64,000 nt of DNA from Octopus sinensis (taxonomy: Eukaryota): assembly GCF_006345805.1 (NCBI RefSeq), contig NC_043002.1, positions 102,858,001 through 102,922,000 of the forward strand. The letters are read 5' to 3'. The notes below the pieces were generated by a model. It had not been told where the DNA came from. It did no database searches and saw only the letters and a program-made list of their open reading frames with translations. Shown here one piece after another: positions 37,016 to 51,819 of the stretch. Numbering within the stretch: position 1 is the first letter of the stretch; each line of letters begins with the position of its first letter. A program made the translations under genes and the position numbers.

Positions 37016-38191
37016 TACGAAGTCGAAAAGTGTCCCCACTTTCAACATAACATATCTTTGTTATTGTAATAATTCATTCTGCGCATGTGTACTTGTAGTT
37101 GGTACTATTGTGATCACGTGATCGAATTTTGATCTTGACCGCGCCAGTTTTCACTCTCGTCTTATAGTGTAAGCATAGCTGCGCCACTAGCAACGTGCAG
37201 GAAAGAAGAACAAGAGCAATGATCCGAATACTCTCGTCGGGTGGTGTGTCAGGTGACCGTGCACTCCCACGAAAATAAGTGGATTGAGAAGTTTAAAAGT
37301 GGCTGGAGAAGCGTGACGCACGAAGAGGCAGCAGGAGGCTCGTCAAATTTCACCACTGACTATGAGATTCAGTAAGCTTGAGAGATGGTAATGGTGAACA
37401 GGCGAATAATCATCGATGAGGTAGATCGTCCTGTGCACATTAGTCACGGTTCTCCCTATCAATCCATCCACGATGTGCTCAGATTCTATAAAGCCTGCGC
37501 AAGATGGATGCCAAGAGAGTTTCTTGCAGAACTAAAGCGCAAATATTTTGATGTCTGCAAAGGTTTATTCGTTTGCTACAACAATGAAAGCAAATAATTT
37601 TCCAGCAGAATAGTCACAGGAGATGAAACGTGGGTCAAAAATTATGAGACAGAATCCAAAAGTCAGAGTATGGAGTGTAAACATCGCGATGCACCAAAAT
37701 TCAGTCTTCCACGAAAAAGGGGATGCTAACACGTTTTTGAGATTCAAAAGAGCCTATACTGGAAGACTATTTGGAAAATGGGTGTACAATCAATAGTGCA
37801 AGACACAGTGTTTGCTAGCCAACAAAATGAAGCCAGCAATTCGCAACAAAAGACGAAGTGTATTCTCAAAAATAATTTTGCTGTTGCATGGCAATGCACA
37901 CCAACAGATAGCAGCCCAGACCGTTGAAACCATTAAACAAATGGGTTTTGAGGTGCTGGAAGACGTTGCCTAGAGCCCAGATATCGCCCTTTCCGACTAT
38001 CGCATTTGGTTTAATATGTCGCAAAGTTATCAGGAATGAACCCGTGAAGGAAGCAGTGCGTAAATTGTTGCACGACCAAATAGATCCTTCTTCGAGGGAG
38101 TACGCAAATATTTGGACCGATAGACCAAGGGTATCGGAAAGGAAGGAGACAATATAGAAAAATGGCGTACTTGTTTATCCCCTGCTTCGTA
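37016..38191 (+). mobile_element. mariner transposon relic
   Basis: Degenerate transposase: APLATCRKEEQRAMIR, WIEKFKSG, CARWMPR, SRIVTGDETWV, LLHGNA and *SPDIALSDY. Termini are TACGAAG (37016) and CTTCGTA (38191). Confidence 0.85.
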
Positions 38192-38299
38192 TAATTATTT
38201 TGAGAAAAACAAGAGAGCATGGCTCGACCTCGTACATATAATCGTATATGCATATATTTATGCAAGTGTGCGTTTGTGTGTGCTTATACATGCATACAT

Positions 38300-38330
<31 letters not shown>

Positions 38331-38333
38331 CAT

Positions 38334-38373
<40 letters not shown>

Positions 38374-38403
38374 GAGAGAGAGAGACTATCGTATATATAT
38401 ATA

Positions 38404-38440
<37 letters not shown>

Positions 38441-38443
<3 letters not shown>

Positions 38444-39598
38444 TTATATATATATAAAACTGAATGTGTGTCTGTCTGCTGTGTGTTTCCCTAAAACTTC
38501 AGAAATACACAACCAATTTCATTCAAATTTTACACATGCCTTACTTAGGGTCCGTGGAGTGTCATCGGCAAAAGGAAATTTGAACATTTTGCCTAGGGCG
38601 AGCCCACAGCAATATCAGATCTCCTCCACTACGATTCCCTAAAACTTGAGAACTACACAACCAATTCCATTCAAATTTTACACATGTTTTACTTAGGGTC
38701 CGTGTACTTTCTTGGGCGAAAAAAAATGTTCAACTTCTTGCCTAGAGCAAGCCCATAGCAATATGATATATTCTCCACTATTTCAGTACTACGTGTTAAA
38801 AGTGAAACAAAAACGTTTCTCTATTTTATGTTAGATACTTTCATTTTAACAATAAAAATAATAATAACAATTAAATTATATGTAGTAAGTAATAATTAAA
38901 ATCAAACTAAAGTAACATGACAAAACTAAAAATAGCAATTCGTATAAAATTGCATCAATGATTTGAACTTGAATAGGTGGTTTCACATGAATGGGAATAA
39001 ATCAAAAAATAAAATTAGCGTGCAGCAATGGAATGGTCCGGATGAATAATAAAAAATTAAATTAAAGAAAAGACTATTATCTATAAAGTATACAATGTAG
39101 AGAAAGAAGAAGATTTGAACACATGGAGGAAAGCACCTTCGAAAAGTGTCTTGGTGCGACTATGAAAGGCATCTAATCAGAGGCGGTAAATTCGCCACAA
39201 TAGAAGCAAGTTTTGAGTCAACGGACCGTGCAAGGGAGTACTCGACTCAAAATTGCAAAGTGGAAATATTTTATTTTTACCTTTATATCTGGGACGTAGG
39301 ACGACCCGCAAAAAAATTTAAATGCCCCCCGATGTAGAGGTAGGCTGGATTGTAGCCAGATTTCTATGCAAGAAGGAGGACAAGACACAATTGATCGAAG
39401 TTGCAAGAGACGGGCTAACAATTCCAGTCGGTTATATATTTTGAGTATTGTTATAACTAGCGATATCAAAATATAACTTTGTGTTTTGTATTTTATGTGT
39501 AGATGTATATATATAGATGTACGTGTAAGTACACATGTATATACACATATATACATGCACTAGCACTATGACCCGGCAACGACGGGTCTTTAATGCTA

Positions 39599-39599
<1 letters not shown>
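38441..39599 (+). mobile_element. Probable non-autonomous Helitron with an internal 148-bp tandem repeat
   Basis: 5' end is A|TCTTTATATATATAAAAC followed by a tgtctgtctg microsatellite. Two diverged 148-bp units start at 38489 and 38637. 3' end is gacccg-gcaacga-cgggtc..CTAG|T (39599). It is not certain that both ends belong to one element. Confidence 0.55.
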
Positions 39600-39654
<55 letters not shown>

Positions 39655-39983
39655 CATATATATACATATATACATATCATACATATATATAAACATATTG
39701 TTGAGTTGTCTTTTGCTAAGAACGTATAAGAGTACAGATAGAAGAAGCCGTGGAAGTTGTAGCATGAAAATCTAGATTTTCGTACGGAGACAGCAATTGA
39801 GTACCCCTGAAGCGATACATATAGAACTTGTTATACAGGTAAATCGTTACATATATTAATTTAAACTTAACTTTAAAACCTGTATATACGAGGATCTCTA
39901 TGTATCGAAACATATGTAGCGATTAAAAAGCTACCTAAACGTACTTACTTTTCCTTTTCACTCTTTTACTTTTTACTTTTCCC

Positions 39984-40020
<37 letters not shown>

Positions 40021-41507
40021 TACAAAAAATAATCAACAAGAATGGATCCGGTAATTTAGTACAATTGTTTCATACTATAACAATTTATTAAAGCTGCAAA
40101 TATTACAGCAATTATAATATGTCAAGTAATCTTCAGTTAATTTCATATAGGTTTTCCAATAATGTAAAGTTCTCAAATCAATTAGTAATATCTTAGAGAG
40201 TGTAAATATACCGATATATTTTTAGATGTGAGTTTCAGGAACTTGAAGTAAGATGCCAAGCAAACCAAGATTGAGTTCATATATGCTTTCCAACAATGTA
40301 AAGTTCTCAAATTAATTAGTGACATCCCAGAGAAGGTAAATATACCGATAAAGTTGTGGATATGAATTTCAGGAAACATGAAGAAAGATGCCAGTGAGAC
40401 CAAGATTAACTTCGCATGTAACTGTTGCAAGAAAAAATTTCTTTAGTGGTAGGAATGGTAGTAGGGTAGGTTAAGGAAGCTGATTAGCTGGAGAAAAGAA
40501 CAGAAGGAGAAAAAATAGAAGAAACATTTTGGGGGTGTAAAAGTAACAAAGTCAGATTGACATTAAAAAGAAGGGTCAGTCTATATTTATGGTGACAGAA
40601 AATCTAGGTCAGTGTGGAAGGAAAATTAAATTCTATAAGTTTGACCACACCTTGCTTTCAAATGAAAGAAATCAGAATTCATAGTGGGGGTTAGGAGAAA
40701 GGAAGAGTTAAGGAAAACTATAAAAGGGTCTTAGGTTATCAGCAGAGAAAGATACAGTAAGAAAATCAAGGTTAATACTAGAATAGAAGGCAATTTATTT
40801 TTATTTTTGTTTTTATTTTAACTTTCATTTTTATATGGTACGAAAGAATTTAGGTCAACATCTAGAGGTCAATTAAAATCAATAGCAAATGGTAGGGGAA
40901 CTGTACCTATTCAAATTTATAGGGAAAAGAAAATATATAACATAGGGAATAGTATTACATGTTAAATTTAGAATAGAATTGGGAAAATGTGCAATTCTAT
41001 GATTTAAGTAAGGCTAATTTAGTTGACTATAAAGTCAATTAAAAGTTGGCATAGTATATTTTCTAATTAATATTATATTAAAAAGATACAGTTAGAAAGA
41101 ACAACAATAGGAGAACCTTCAAATTTCTATTTGGAATATTTAAAATTTTTGATTTTTGAATGAATACAAGACCCACCTAACTCTAGACGATTATTTAGTA
41201 GATTTTTATATTTTCTATATATATGCATATATATGTTTTAATGTTCATGATATGTATGTATATATGTTTTGAGATTTGGTTTGCAAGATTCTTTATATGA
41301 GTTCGTGTGTTGAAGCTTATTCTGTTGTGTCTGGGGAGAGCCATTTTTTCTTTTTGTGCCTTATAATTTAACACACACGCCGGTAAAATTTCAACTTATT
41401 TCTTATTTTTATTTCCTAAAATTTTTTGCCTCTTGCAACCTTTTCAATAGCCTTGACTGTTTTTATATATATATAGATAATATATATATATATACATACA
41501 TATATAT

Positions 41508-41540
<33 letters not shown>

Positions 41541-41714
41541 GAATATATATTATATATATTATATATATATTATATATATATATATATATACGGGTTACAA
41601 ATTCTGTTGTTGCGGAGACTTTTTTAATAGTAGGAGAAATAGCGATCAATTTGGCTGCTATTTCTAATATTTTTGGTATGTGGTTTTGAGGAGTAACTTG
41701 TTGCAATTAACCTT

Positions 41715-41811
41715 TATTATATTAATATAATCCTTACCAAATATGGTCTTTTCCATACCGATAAATCTACTAGGTGAAATTTATAAATTAATTACATTTC
41801 ACCCGTTTGGA

Positions 41812-41889
<78 letters not shown>

Positions 41890-42647
41890 ATATGTATATA
41901 TATATATATATATATACATATACTTTCAAAGTCCATGTCAATATTGAATGACACTGCGCGCAAAGTGTTGGACAGCTGTCGAAAGACTTGAAAATCTGAC
42001 GGCGCTATGTCTGGGGAGTATAGAGGACGAGGCAGCAGTTCCCATTCGAGTTCTTGTATCACGGCTTTGGTAATATTGGCGATGTGAGGACGGGTGTTGT
42101 CGTGTTGCAGAATAACGTTAATTCACCTGTTCGATCTTTGTTTCTGAATTGCTTCGATGAGTCGGTGCAGTTGTTGAACATAATCCATCTGCTCCGTCAG
42201 ACCCCTGGTCTTTTGACGGGAATTTTCAGGAAGTAGTTTCAATCGTTCTTCATCGAACTGAATTGGTCGTCCGGTGTGTGATCTGTTCTTGACGTCAACA
42301 TTCCCATTTTTGAAGCGCAAACACCAACGGTGGTTGGTAATTTGAGACGTTGTTCCTTCTACGTACACAGCACAAATTTCACGCGCAGCATCAGCGGACT
42401 TAACACCTCGATTAAATGCCAAAATAAATAGTGTCGAAAATGCTCAGTTTTGTCCTCTTAAAATTCCGATTTAATGATCTGAAAATACACAAAATCAATA
42501 AAATTTTAAAAAGCAAATCATAAGTCCTTGAAGAGCAAAAAAAAAAAATTATCTGTTAAATGGCATAAAATATTTGGAGAATGCGTTTATTTCTGCGTGC
42601 ATTTCTAAATTTGAAGACATACACATTAATTATTCCTCAACCTAATA
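41715..42647 (-). mobile_element. mariner transposon relic, internally deleted, with (TA)n inserted at ~41813-41920
   Basis: ORFs 42123..42422 (AAREICAVY..RWCLRFKNG..RSHTGRP) and 41799..42062 (EWELLPRPLYSPDIAPSDFQVFRQLSN). Left terminus is TATTAGGTTG at 42647-42638. Confidence 0.85.
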
Positions 42648-44160
42648 CACAAACACACACACATATATATACATAACATACATATATATATATAATATAT
42701 ATATATAATATATATATATATCAGTCTTCAAATATTCATTATATGCGCATTATATATAGGCAAAATGATCTATAACTGTTTATGAATACAGTTTTGCCGA
42801 AAACCCCTGTATACTGTTCATTGTAGAGTATTTGAGCAAAACATCGTAAAGAACTATGCAATTTTGTTAAATTTGGTGTCAAAAGTATGAAGTATAGATA
42901 AATGTTTCTATGTAATATATTTATAATTTAGAGTATGAGAGTCTATATACGCTTTGAGCTTACCTTTTGTAAAGATAATACTTTATCAATGTTGAAATGA
43001 AAGCAGAGTATTGAAATTAGGACCATCTCTTTCCCTTTTTTGCAAAGTTTAAGTAGGAATGTTTAGATTTAGTTATTTATCAGATTTCTCTGTATTTATA
43101 TAGATATATACATACATAAATATGCGTACATATATATACATACATACATATACATATATATATATATATATATATAGATATATCTATATATATATATATA
43201 TACGCACAAATGGTGAAGCTTATATGTTTGTATATGTAAATAATAAAAAGTTTAATATAAGTCGCCGAACTTATTACAAATTAACGCTTGTCTGCGTTTT
43301 ACTCTGAGTTTCCCGTTGCCATTTTCAGTGACTAAACTTCCAATTCTCTTATCAGACATCTTGTCTTCTCTAGTGTTCCGTTCAGTGGCCACTGGTCAGT
43401 TACGTCTGCGTGACGTAGCACATCATTTGTTATATGTTGCTGAGAGAGCATATAATTCTAACCTGATGCGGCTATATAGTTATCTATTTATATATTTATT
43501 AGTGTGTATGTATGGCATTCCGTCCGTGTGTGCGTGATGCTTTGAAGGAAACTATGAGTTTGTGTGTTCTTGTGATTGTGTGAAATCGTCTGTGTGTTTT
43601 CCTGTGAATTTTAAGTTGATGAATTCGGTATGACTTACTACGCTAATTTGCCTTCCATAAGTGGTGATCACGTGAAGTCGTTAATCCATGGATGAAGGGA
43701 TGGCTAGTTTGTGATTTTACATCCTATGTTTCTCTTCTCCAGTTGAGATTAAACGCTTAAATTATGCACTGTGTAAATTCTGTATTGAACACAATGTCTG
43801 CTGTAAAGATGAAAGTCATCATGGCTGATACACTACGGAACGAAAAGATTTAGAGTCGCTATAGCAATAAACTTCTTCTCTATAACCATAAATTTCTTAA
43901 AGATCAGGTCAATGACGGGACTTCTGAAGGGTATCTCGACTGTCTACACAAATTAACTACACCTTCACCAGAAGAATTCTTATCGCTTGAGAAACGAAAG
44001 GTCTGTGTTACACAATGGTGCCTTAGATTTCGGTAAATGACAATATTATTGTTACGAAAATGAATTATGTGGAAAGTCTTCCTGATTAGGCTTGAAATGA
44101 AGGTAACAGCAATATAAAATGTTATCAGCATTATCACCACCAACAAAATCATGTATTTTA

Positions 44161-45225
44161 TATTTGGTCATTCCATAAATAGTCAGCTTTTTTTTTTCAT
44201 TTGCATGAACTAAAAGTCAGAAAGGGACGGGATAAACTGCAACAGCTTGCTATAATAGCAGGTAGTAATTTACCTGCCACTTAGTGCAAGTTTTGAAGAA
44301 AGCTGTTCGATTTTAACGGTTATTTTTTCAAAGTTATAATGGAAGTGACAAAGGAGCATATTTGCCATATTTTCCTTCGTGAGTTCAATAAAGGCAACAA
44401 CGCAACGGGATGTGCGAGGAATATTAATGCAGTATATGGGGATCCGACAATAAGCGTAAGCCAGTTTTAACAATAGTTCCAGAAATTCCGAGCCGGAAAT
44501 TATAGTTTAGAAGATGAGCTTCGTCCTCGAAGATTTATAGATCCCTACGAAGACGTCCTGCCGAACATGGTGCAATAAAATTCCATTGTAACTGTTGAGG
44601 GACAAGCAGAGAAGTTTGGATTTGCGCATTCAGCCATTTTCGACTGAAAAGTGACTGGTCACGAGAAATGGGCTCTCTATAAAAATGTCAAGCGCCGAAG
44701 ATAGTAGGAGGAAAAGGAGAAACACCGGCAGCCCAGGCTTAAGAAAGTCTTCATCCACATTGAATATTTAAACCCAAACCAAACGATAACAAAAGTGATC
44801 TACTATAAGTAGTTTGAGAAGCTTAAGTCAGCACTAGAAGAGAAATGACCATCTTTGCTTTCAAGAGGAAAAGTGTTCTTCTATGAGGATAATGCTCGGC
44901 AACACATACAGTGAGGATGACAATCCAAAGGCTGGAGCAGTTTGAATGGGAAATGATGTCAGGCGAATATGGTGGGAGAGCCATCTGATTATTATTTATT
45001 CTGCAGTGTTCAAAATCATGTGGACGGAAAAATTATGAATTGCGTAGCTGAGGTCAGAAGAGTACTGGAGGAATATCTTTTGTCCTGGACAAGTGAATTT
45101 TGGAAGAGAGACCTTATAGGTGCAGCAGATATAAGTAAGAGCATTGTAGAAAGTGAATGAGTATATTTTAGATTAAAAATTTGAAAAATAAAACTCCCAT
45201 TATATATGGCGATAATGAGGTGATC
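44161..45225 (+). mobile_element. mariner transposon relic
   Basis: Translation reads MEVTKEHICHIFLREFNKGNNAT..RNINAVYG..FQKFRAGNYSLEDE, VTGHEKWALY, FYEDNARQH and PSDYYLFCSVQNH. The left TIR-like sequence tatttggtcattccataaat is at 44161; the right end is degenerate. Confidence 0.8.
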
Positions 45226-45594
45226 TATTGTAGCCAAAACGTATTTTAACCCTTTGTAAGACATAGCTAGTGTCCTGACATAATGACTGGTGGAAACATC
45301 TGAAAGGTCTGTTTTGTATTTCTCACTAATCATTCCCAGTTCTTCCGATCAAGGAAGCAAATCCTGTTTTTGCATGCTTGTGCATTCTGCTCTCATTCCA
45401 TCTCTGCTTCTTTGCAGAGTTTTCCCCATTGTGACATCTAAACGCACTAAAAATTTATTATTTCCATGCAGCTTTGGACGAACACAATGCGGTATCTTTA
45501 TTTGCAAATACGTTCACATATACATTCGTCTGTACTTTCTATTATACTGTTATATAACCCGAGTTATATAATCTATTGTCTGATATTGAGAGGC

Positions 45595-45671
<77 letters not shown>

Positions 45672-46779
45672 GGTCCGGAAAAGAATTTCGCTCAGGTGAA
45701 TGTTTTAATACTCAATTTAAGAATATTCAGCTAGAATAAAATGAGTAGAAAAAATATTTTAATTTATCAGCGACTTACAAATTTTATGAGTCTTTTCATA
45801 TCAGGTTATATGCATGGCAAATAAATTACCGGGAAAAATTTTACTATACATTTAGCTGCATTTATATGTTCTTTAAAAATCGATGGATCATTTAGACAAT
45901 ACAGTGATTCGAGTCACATACGAAACAGCAGACACGCATAAAAATTTAAGAAAGAATTAGAAATTTGGAGTTTCACGGAATAAAGGTCAGAGGTACCTGG
46001 AATTTTGCTTATTCGTTCATAATTCAATAAAAAGATAACAATAGAAAAACCGTTACTTTTATTCTAAAACGTTCCATCCTTATGTTTATCCTCTTAAAGA
46101 AAATAAGTGAAACGAAACTGTGTTTGAGAAAGAGAATATTCGCTTGAAACGAATGATTATATAATCATAATATAAGTATTTGTATTTTTAATATCAAAAT
46201 GTTAAATGTATTTAAAATTATATTAATGTCTATAAACATTTATGACGAGCATAAAAACGTATAAAGACTTTTATCCTCTTTAAATGTCTATTAAAATCTG
46301 TTTATTTATCAATAAATCAATCAACGAATCTATGTATCTCCCCACCAATGTAACTACATACGTATGTACCCAAGAATATATTTGTAAGAATCCTGATTGA
46401 CTTAAACGTTTGTGAATATACTAAAGATACATCGTGATTGCAGAAAAAATATATAACAAGAAGTAATAGGACAGTATTCGAGGGAAATATTTCTTGAAGG
46501 ACAAATATTAGTTATTTAACAAAAGAATATCCCTATTTCTAACTATGTAGATGGGGCCCAGTAGGGAGTTAGGCATCTGCCATGTGTGTCAGTCGATAAA
46601 AGAGGTGTTTAACCATGAAGATTTTTTGACGAGGGAAAAGAGTCTAAGAGGTAAAAAAAAAGAAAAGAGGAGAGAAAAAAATGTGTTTGAACTGACGGAC
46701 ATGTGTGTGTGTGTGTGAGTGTGTGTGTGTGTATGTGTGTCTGTGCGTATTTGCACATACATATGTATATATTTGTGTG

Positions 46780-46960
46780 TGTGTTTTTGCCCGTGTTTAT
46801 CACCCCGCCATCGCTAGACAACCCATGGTGATGTATTTATGTTCTCGCAACTTAGCAGTTCGGCAAATGAGACCGGTAATATAAAAACTAGGCTTAGAAT
46901 GAATAAATCTCGCGGTCCATTTCTTCGAAGATTAAGTTTTCGATAGAGTTTATGTATTTT
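46780..46960 (+). mobile_element. SINE 3' body fragment after (TG)n
   Basis: Similar by eye to 31990-32170 and 63363-63480 (ttagc.g.tcggcaaa...actaggctta.aa.gaataa.tc). Confidence 0.5.
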
Positions 46961-47099
46961 AAAAGGCCACAAATATTTGCTTCAAAAGTAATTTATTCGC
47001 AAATTTGTTTGAGGTTGAATGCGTAGATTCTTTGTTCCATACATTCCTCTCTGTCTCTCTGTCTTCTCTCTTACTCACAATGTCTATTTATCTGTGTAT

Positions 47100-47222
47100 A
47101 TATCTATCGATCTATGAATCTATCTATCTATCTGTCAATCTCTCCCTTTTTGTCTGTCTGTCTTTCTATCTATCTATCTACCTATCTATCTATCTATCTA
47201 TCTATCTATTTTTGTCTGTCTG

Positions 47223-47306
<84 letters not shown>

Positions 47307-47418
47307 AATGTCCAACTTTCTTTCTATCTATCTATCTATCTATCTATCTATATATATATATATATATATATATATCTATTTATCTATCTATCTATCTTAC
47401 TGTCCATCTTTCTTTCAT

Positions 47419-47461
<43 letters not shown>

Positions 47462-47470
47462 CACTGTCCA
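47100..47470. repeat. (TCTA)n/(TCTG)n microsatellite
   Basis: Direct reading. Confidence 0.95.
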
Positions 47471-48179
47471 TCTTTCTATCTCACTATCCATATTTCTATT
47501 TATGTATCTATCTATTTATCTATCTACAACTCTGACTCATTTATCTCCATGTCTCTCACTCTGCTTATTCAGTCACATATCTACCTCACTATCTGTTCAG
47601 AATTCATTGTTTCGGTCTACCCATTCATCTAGCTACTTGCTTATCTTGTTAAGTAACTATTTATATCTCTAATTCACTGTAAATGTTTGTCTATATGTCA
47701 CTCTGACTTTTTGTTTGCCTATATCCCGGAATTTCTTTCTATCGATCTATTTCTCTCTCGTTATCTCACTAAATATCTATCTATCTATGCGTGAGGCCGT
47801 GTGCTTTAATATAAAACAACCAGTGAATATCCAATCAATTTAAAAACAACCCCTTATTTCCATTGCATAAAGGAAGAATCATGTGATCGGAATTTGATGA
47901 AGAAATTGATGAAACGGATATAACTTAATGTATGTTGCTTGTTTTTAAGTATTTAACTCACATATTTGAGAACCGTGAAACATGCCTGATGTGACATTAC
48001 GTAAGCAAGCCAGCACAATCTGCCCGGCATGATTCCTGTATTAAGATTCCAATCTGCAACCAAACACACGTACTGCCAGAAATATGTCCAGGAGAGGCAG
48101 GCATGCTATTTTTCTCGTGCGGTTTTCAAAGAATTTAAAAAAAAATAAACGAAAATGCTGAGAAGGCAAAATAACAACA

Positions 48180-48284
48180 ACGACGACGACAAATACGATG
48201 ATGATGATGAAGATGATGATGATGATTATGACGACGACGACGATGATGATGATGATGATGATGATGATAACGTAGATGATGATG

Positions 48285-48315
<31 letters not shown>

Positions 48316-48376
48316 AGACGATGATGATGAAGATGATGCTGATGATGATGGTGTTGATGAAGATGATGATGAAGAC

Positions 48377-48410
<34 letters not shown>

Positions 48411-48561
48411 ATGACGACGACGACGACGATGATGATGATGATGACGAAGATGATGATGATGACGATGATGATGATGATGATGATGATGACGACGATGATG
48501 ATGATGGCGATGATGATGATGATGATTGTGGTGATGCTGCTGCTGCTGCTGATGATGATGG

Positions 48562-48604
<43 letters not shown>

Positions 48605-48660
48605 AATGATGATGATGAAGATGATGATGATAAAGATGATGATGATGATGATGATGATAT
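48180..48660. repeat. (GAT)n/(GAC)n trinucleotide tract
   Basis: Direct reading; it generates the poly-D, poly-M and poly-H ORFs. Confidence 0.95.
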
Positions 48661-49135
48661 GGCAGAACGAACACTAATATGGAACATGACAATAGGAAAA
48701 TAATTTCTATTCCGTTGTGTTGCACTCAGTGTTCCGTCGTTTTTATTTTTGGGGTTATGTTGCAGTGCAGATATATTTTTCTTTTTTTTTTCTTTTTTTA
48801 ATTTTTTTTTTTTTTTTTGTTGGGCAATCACTTGCTGAAAACTGACTGCTCAAGTGAACATGGCAATATTCTTCCGATTGTAATTCCGATCTGATGTGAT
48901 ATTAATTCGTTTTGACACGTTGTCGAGTATTTTAAGGTTCTGGGTAGCTTACAAAACGGGAGTGGAGTAGGGGACAGAGAGAGAGACATAGAGGGAAATT
49001 TCCCCCAAACAACGGTAGTGTTTTAGTTCAATACCCAATCTCTTAATATATTGCACATACGTAATTATACATACAAATGCAGAACGTGACAGTGCGCGTG
49101 TATGTATACACACAAATATAGATGCATACATACAC

Positions 49136-49183
<48 letters not shown>

Positions 49184-49202
49184 TATATATATATATATAC
49201 AT

Positions 49203-49282
<80 letters not shown>

Positions 49283-49299
49283 CATATATATATTATATA

Positions 49300-49326
49300 T
49301 ATATATATGCAAATACATATATATAT

Positions 49327-49392
<66 letters not shown>

Positions 49393-49435
49393 GCATATAT
49401 ATATGTATATGTTTATGTATATATACACACATACG

Positions 49436-49468
<33 letters not shown>

Positions 49469-50182
49469 TATATATATATATTGAAATTGTAAATGAAAAG
49501 AATTTCACAAAAATCACTGCTTCTATTTCACTAAAAAAGCTAAAGTGAAATGAAAGACCAAAAATCGCAAATATTACAGAAAAATGAACAAAAACTAAAA
49601 GCGAAAACCAGGAAGAGTAACAACAGAAAAATAGAAACAGAAAGAATCAGATTGCAAAAGATACTGAAGACAAAAAAAAAAAAAGAAAAAGTCATCGACA
49701 AAAACAACTTGAAATTTATAAGAAAAACAATAGAATTGTTAACTAAAACTATTGCTACATCGGAACCATAAAATACATGAAGCATTGCAAGTAAGAATAA
49801 TAAAAAGGATTTCAATGAAATCAAATAAAAAATATATACAAAGCGAAAACGGGGAAGAATTACAAGTGTCAAGAACAAAGAAGAAGACAATTGGGATGAC
49901 ACGAACAATATCAAGGTCATACAAGTGAATATAGCCAAGTGCAGAGACACACTCACACAAGCACAAGCACGCACGCGGGAACATACACACTAACACCGAC
50001 ACAGACACATAGACACACGCACATAGACATATACACATGCGCGCATACAAATATTTATAGTTAAATACACCCGTATATATATATATATATAATATATAAT
50101 ATATATATAGATATATATATATATATATATATATATGCAAATACATATATATATATATAATAGATGTACATATATGTATATG

Positions 50183-50219
<37 letters not shown>

Positions 50220-50259
50220 TATATATATGTATATGTTTATGTATATATACACACATACG

Positions 50260-50329
<70 letters not shown>

Positions 50330-50515
50330 AAATTGTAAATGAAAAGAATTTCACAAAAATCACTGCTTCTATTTCACTAAAAAAGCTAAAGTGAAATGAA
50401 AGACCAAAAATCGCAAATATTACAGAAAAATGAACAAAAACTAAAAGCGAAAACCAGGAAGAGTAACACAGAAAAATAGAAACAGAAAGAATCAGATTGC
50501 AAAAGATACTGAAGA

Positions 50516-50564
<49 letters not shown>

Positions 50565-50957
50565 AACTTCAAATTTATAAGAAAAACAATAGAATTGTAA
50601 CTAAAACTATTGCTACATCGGAACCATAAAATACATGAAGCATTGCAAGTAAGAATAATAAAAAGGATTTCAATGAAATCAAATAAAAAATATATACAAA
50701 GCGAAAACGGGGAAGAATTACAACAAGAACAAAGAAAAGACCAAGAGAACAGAAGAAGAAGACAATTGGGATGACACGAACAATATCAAGGTCATACAAG
50801 TGAATATAGCCAAGTGCAGAGACACACTCACACAAGCACAAGCACGCACGCGGGAACATACACACTAACACCGACACAGACACATAGACACACGCACATA
50901 GACATATACACATGCGCGCATACAAATATTTATAGTTAAATACACCCGTATATATAT

Positions 50958-50988
<31 letters not shown>

Positions 50989-51000
50989 TATATATATAGA
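49300..51000. repeat. Tandem duplication of a ~0.85-kb A-rich unit bounded by (TA)n
   Basis: gaaattgtaaatgaaaag occurs at 49483 and 50329 (offset 846). The copies differ by a poly-A expansion (50517-50563) and a small substitution block near 49862/50720. Confidence 0.93.
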
Positions 51001-51010
51001 TATATATACT

Positions 51011-51140
<130 letters not shown>

Positions 51141-51377
51141 ATATATATAGAGAGAAGTGGTGATATATATATATATAGATAGATAGATAGATTGATATAT
51201 ATACATATGTATATATATAGAGAGAAGTGGTGATATATATATATATATAATATATATATATATATACATACATATATATATATATATATACATATATATA
51301 TGTATATATATATTATAGAGAGAGAGAGGGAGATAGATAGATAAATAGATATACAGATAGAAAAAGAGACAGAGGGA

Positions 51378-51413
<36 letters not shown>

Positions 51414-51819
51414 CAGTCAGCTAGTTCACCTACCCAGGGTTTGCTCTGTCATTTGATGCAAAAACAAAGTGACAAGAAACTAATCAGCGGAGACAGTGTA
51501 TTTAGCAGTCTGTAGACTAAGCATCTGAAGAAAGGGGAAAATATCAGTTTACACAACGTGTACTCCCTTCTTTTGCTGAGATCCGTAGTTTATCTGTCAG
51601 AACGAACAACGAATACTGGGAATGATACCATCAACTCTGCATCCTTCATCGCCGCATTTGCACCTTCTCGACCATGCACTAGAGTGACTTGGTCTCTACT
51701 GTTGAGATTCCAGAGCAGAGGATCTCAAAGTTTTTCGTCTATAACCACCCCCATGGCAACATAATACCCTCAGTGACCCAACCCCTATTTTTATGTATAA
51801 ATAACTATTTTATAAATTA

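Noticed and set aside
41410-41460. Hammerhead-like arrangement on the minus strand (ttgaaaa..ttgc/gcaa..aaaa)
   Set aside because: At least three core substitutions and only a 3-bp helix I make it too degenerate to support. The flanking 41270-41340 does resemble 11665-11730.
48155-48703. 182-aa poly-Asp ORF resembling acidic biomineralisation proteins
   Set aside because: There is no signal peptide or unique domain, and all frames are open because of the (GAT)n repeat.
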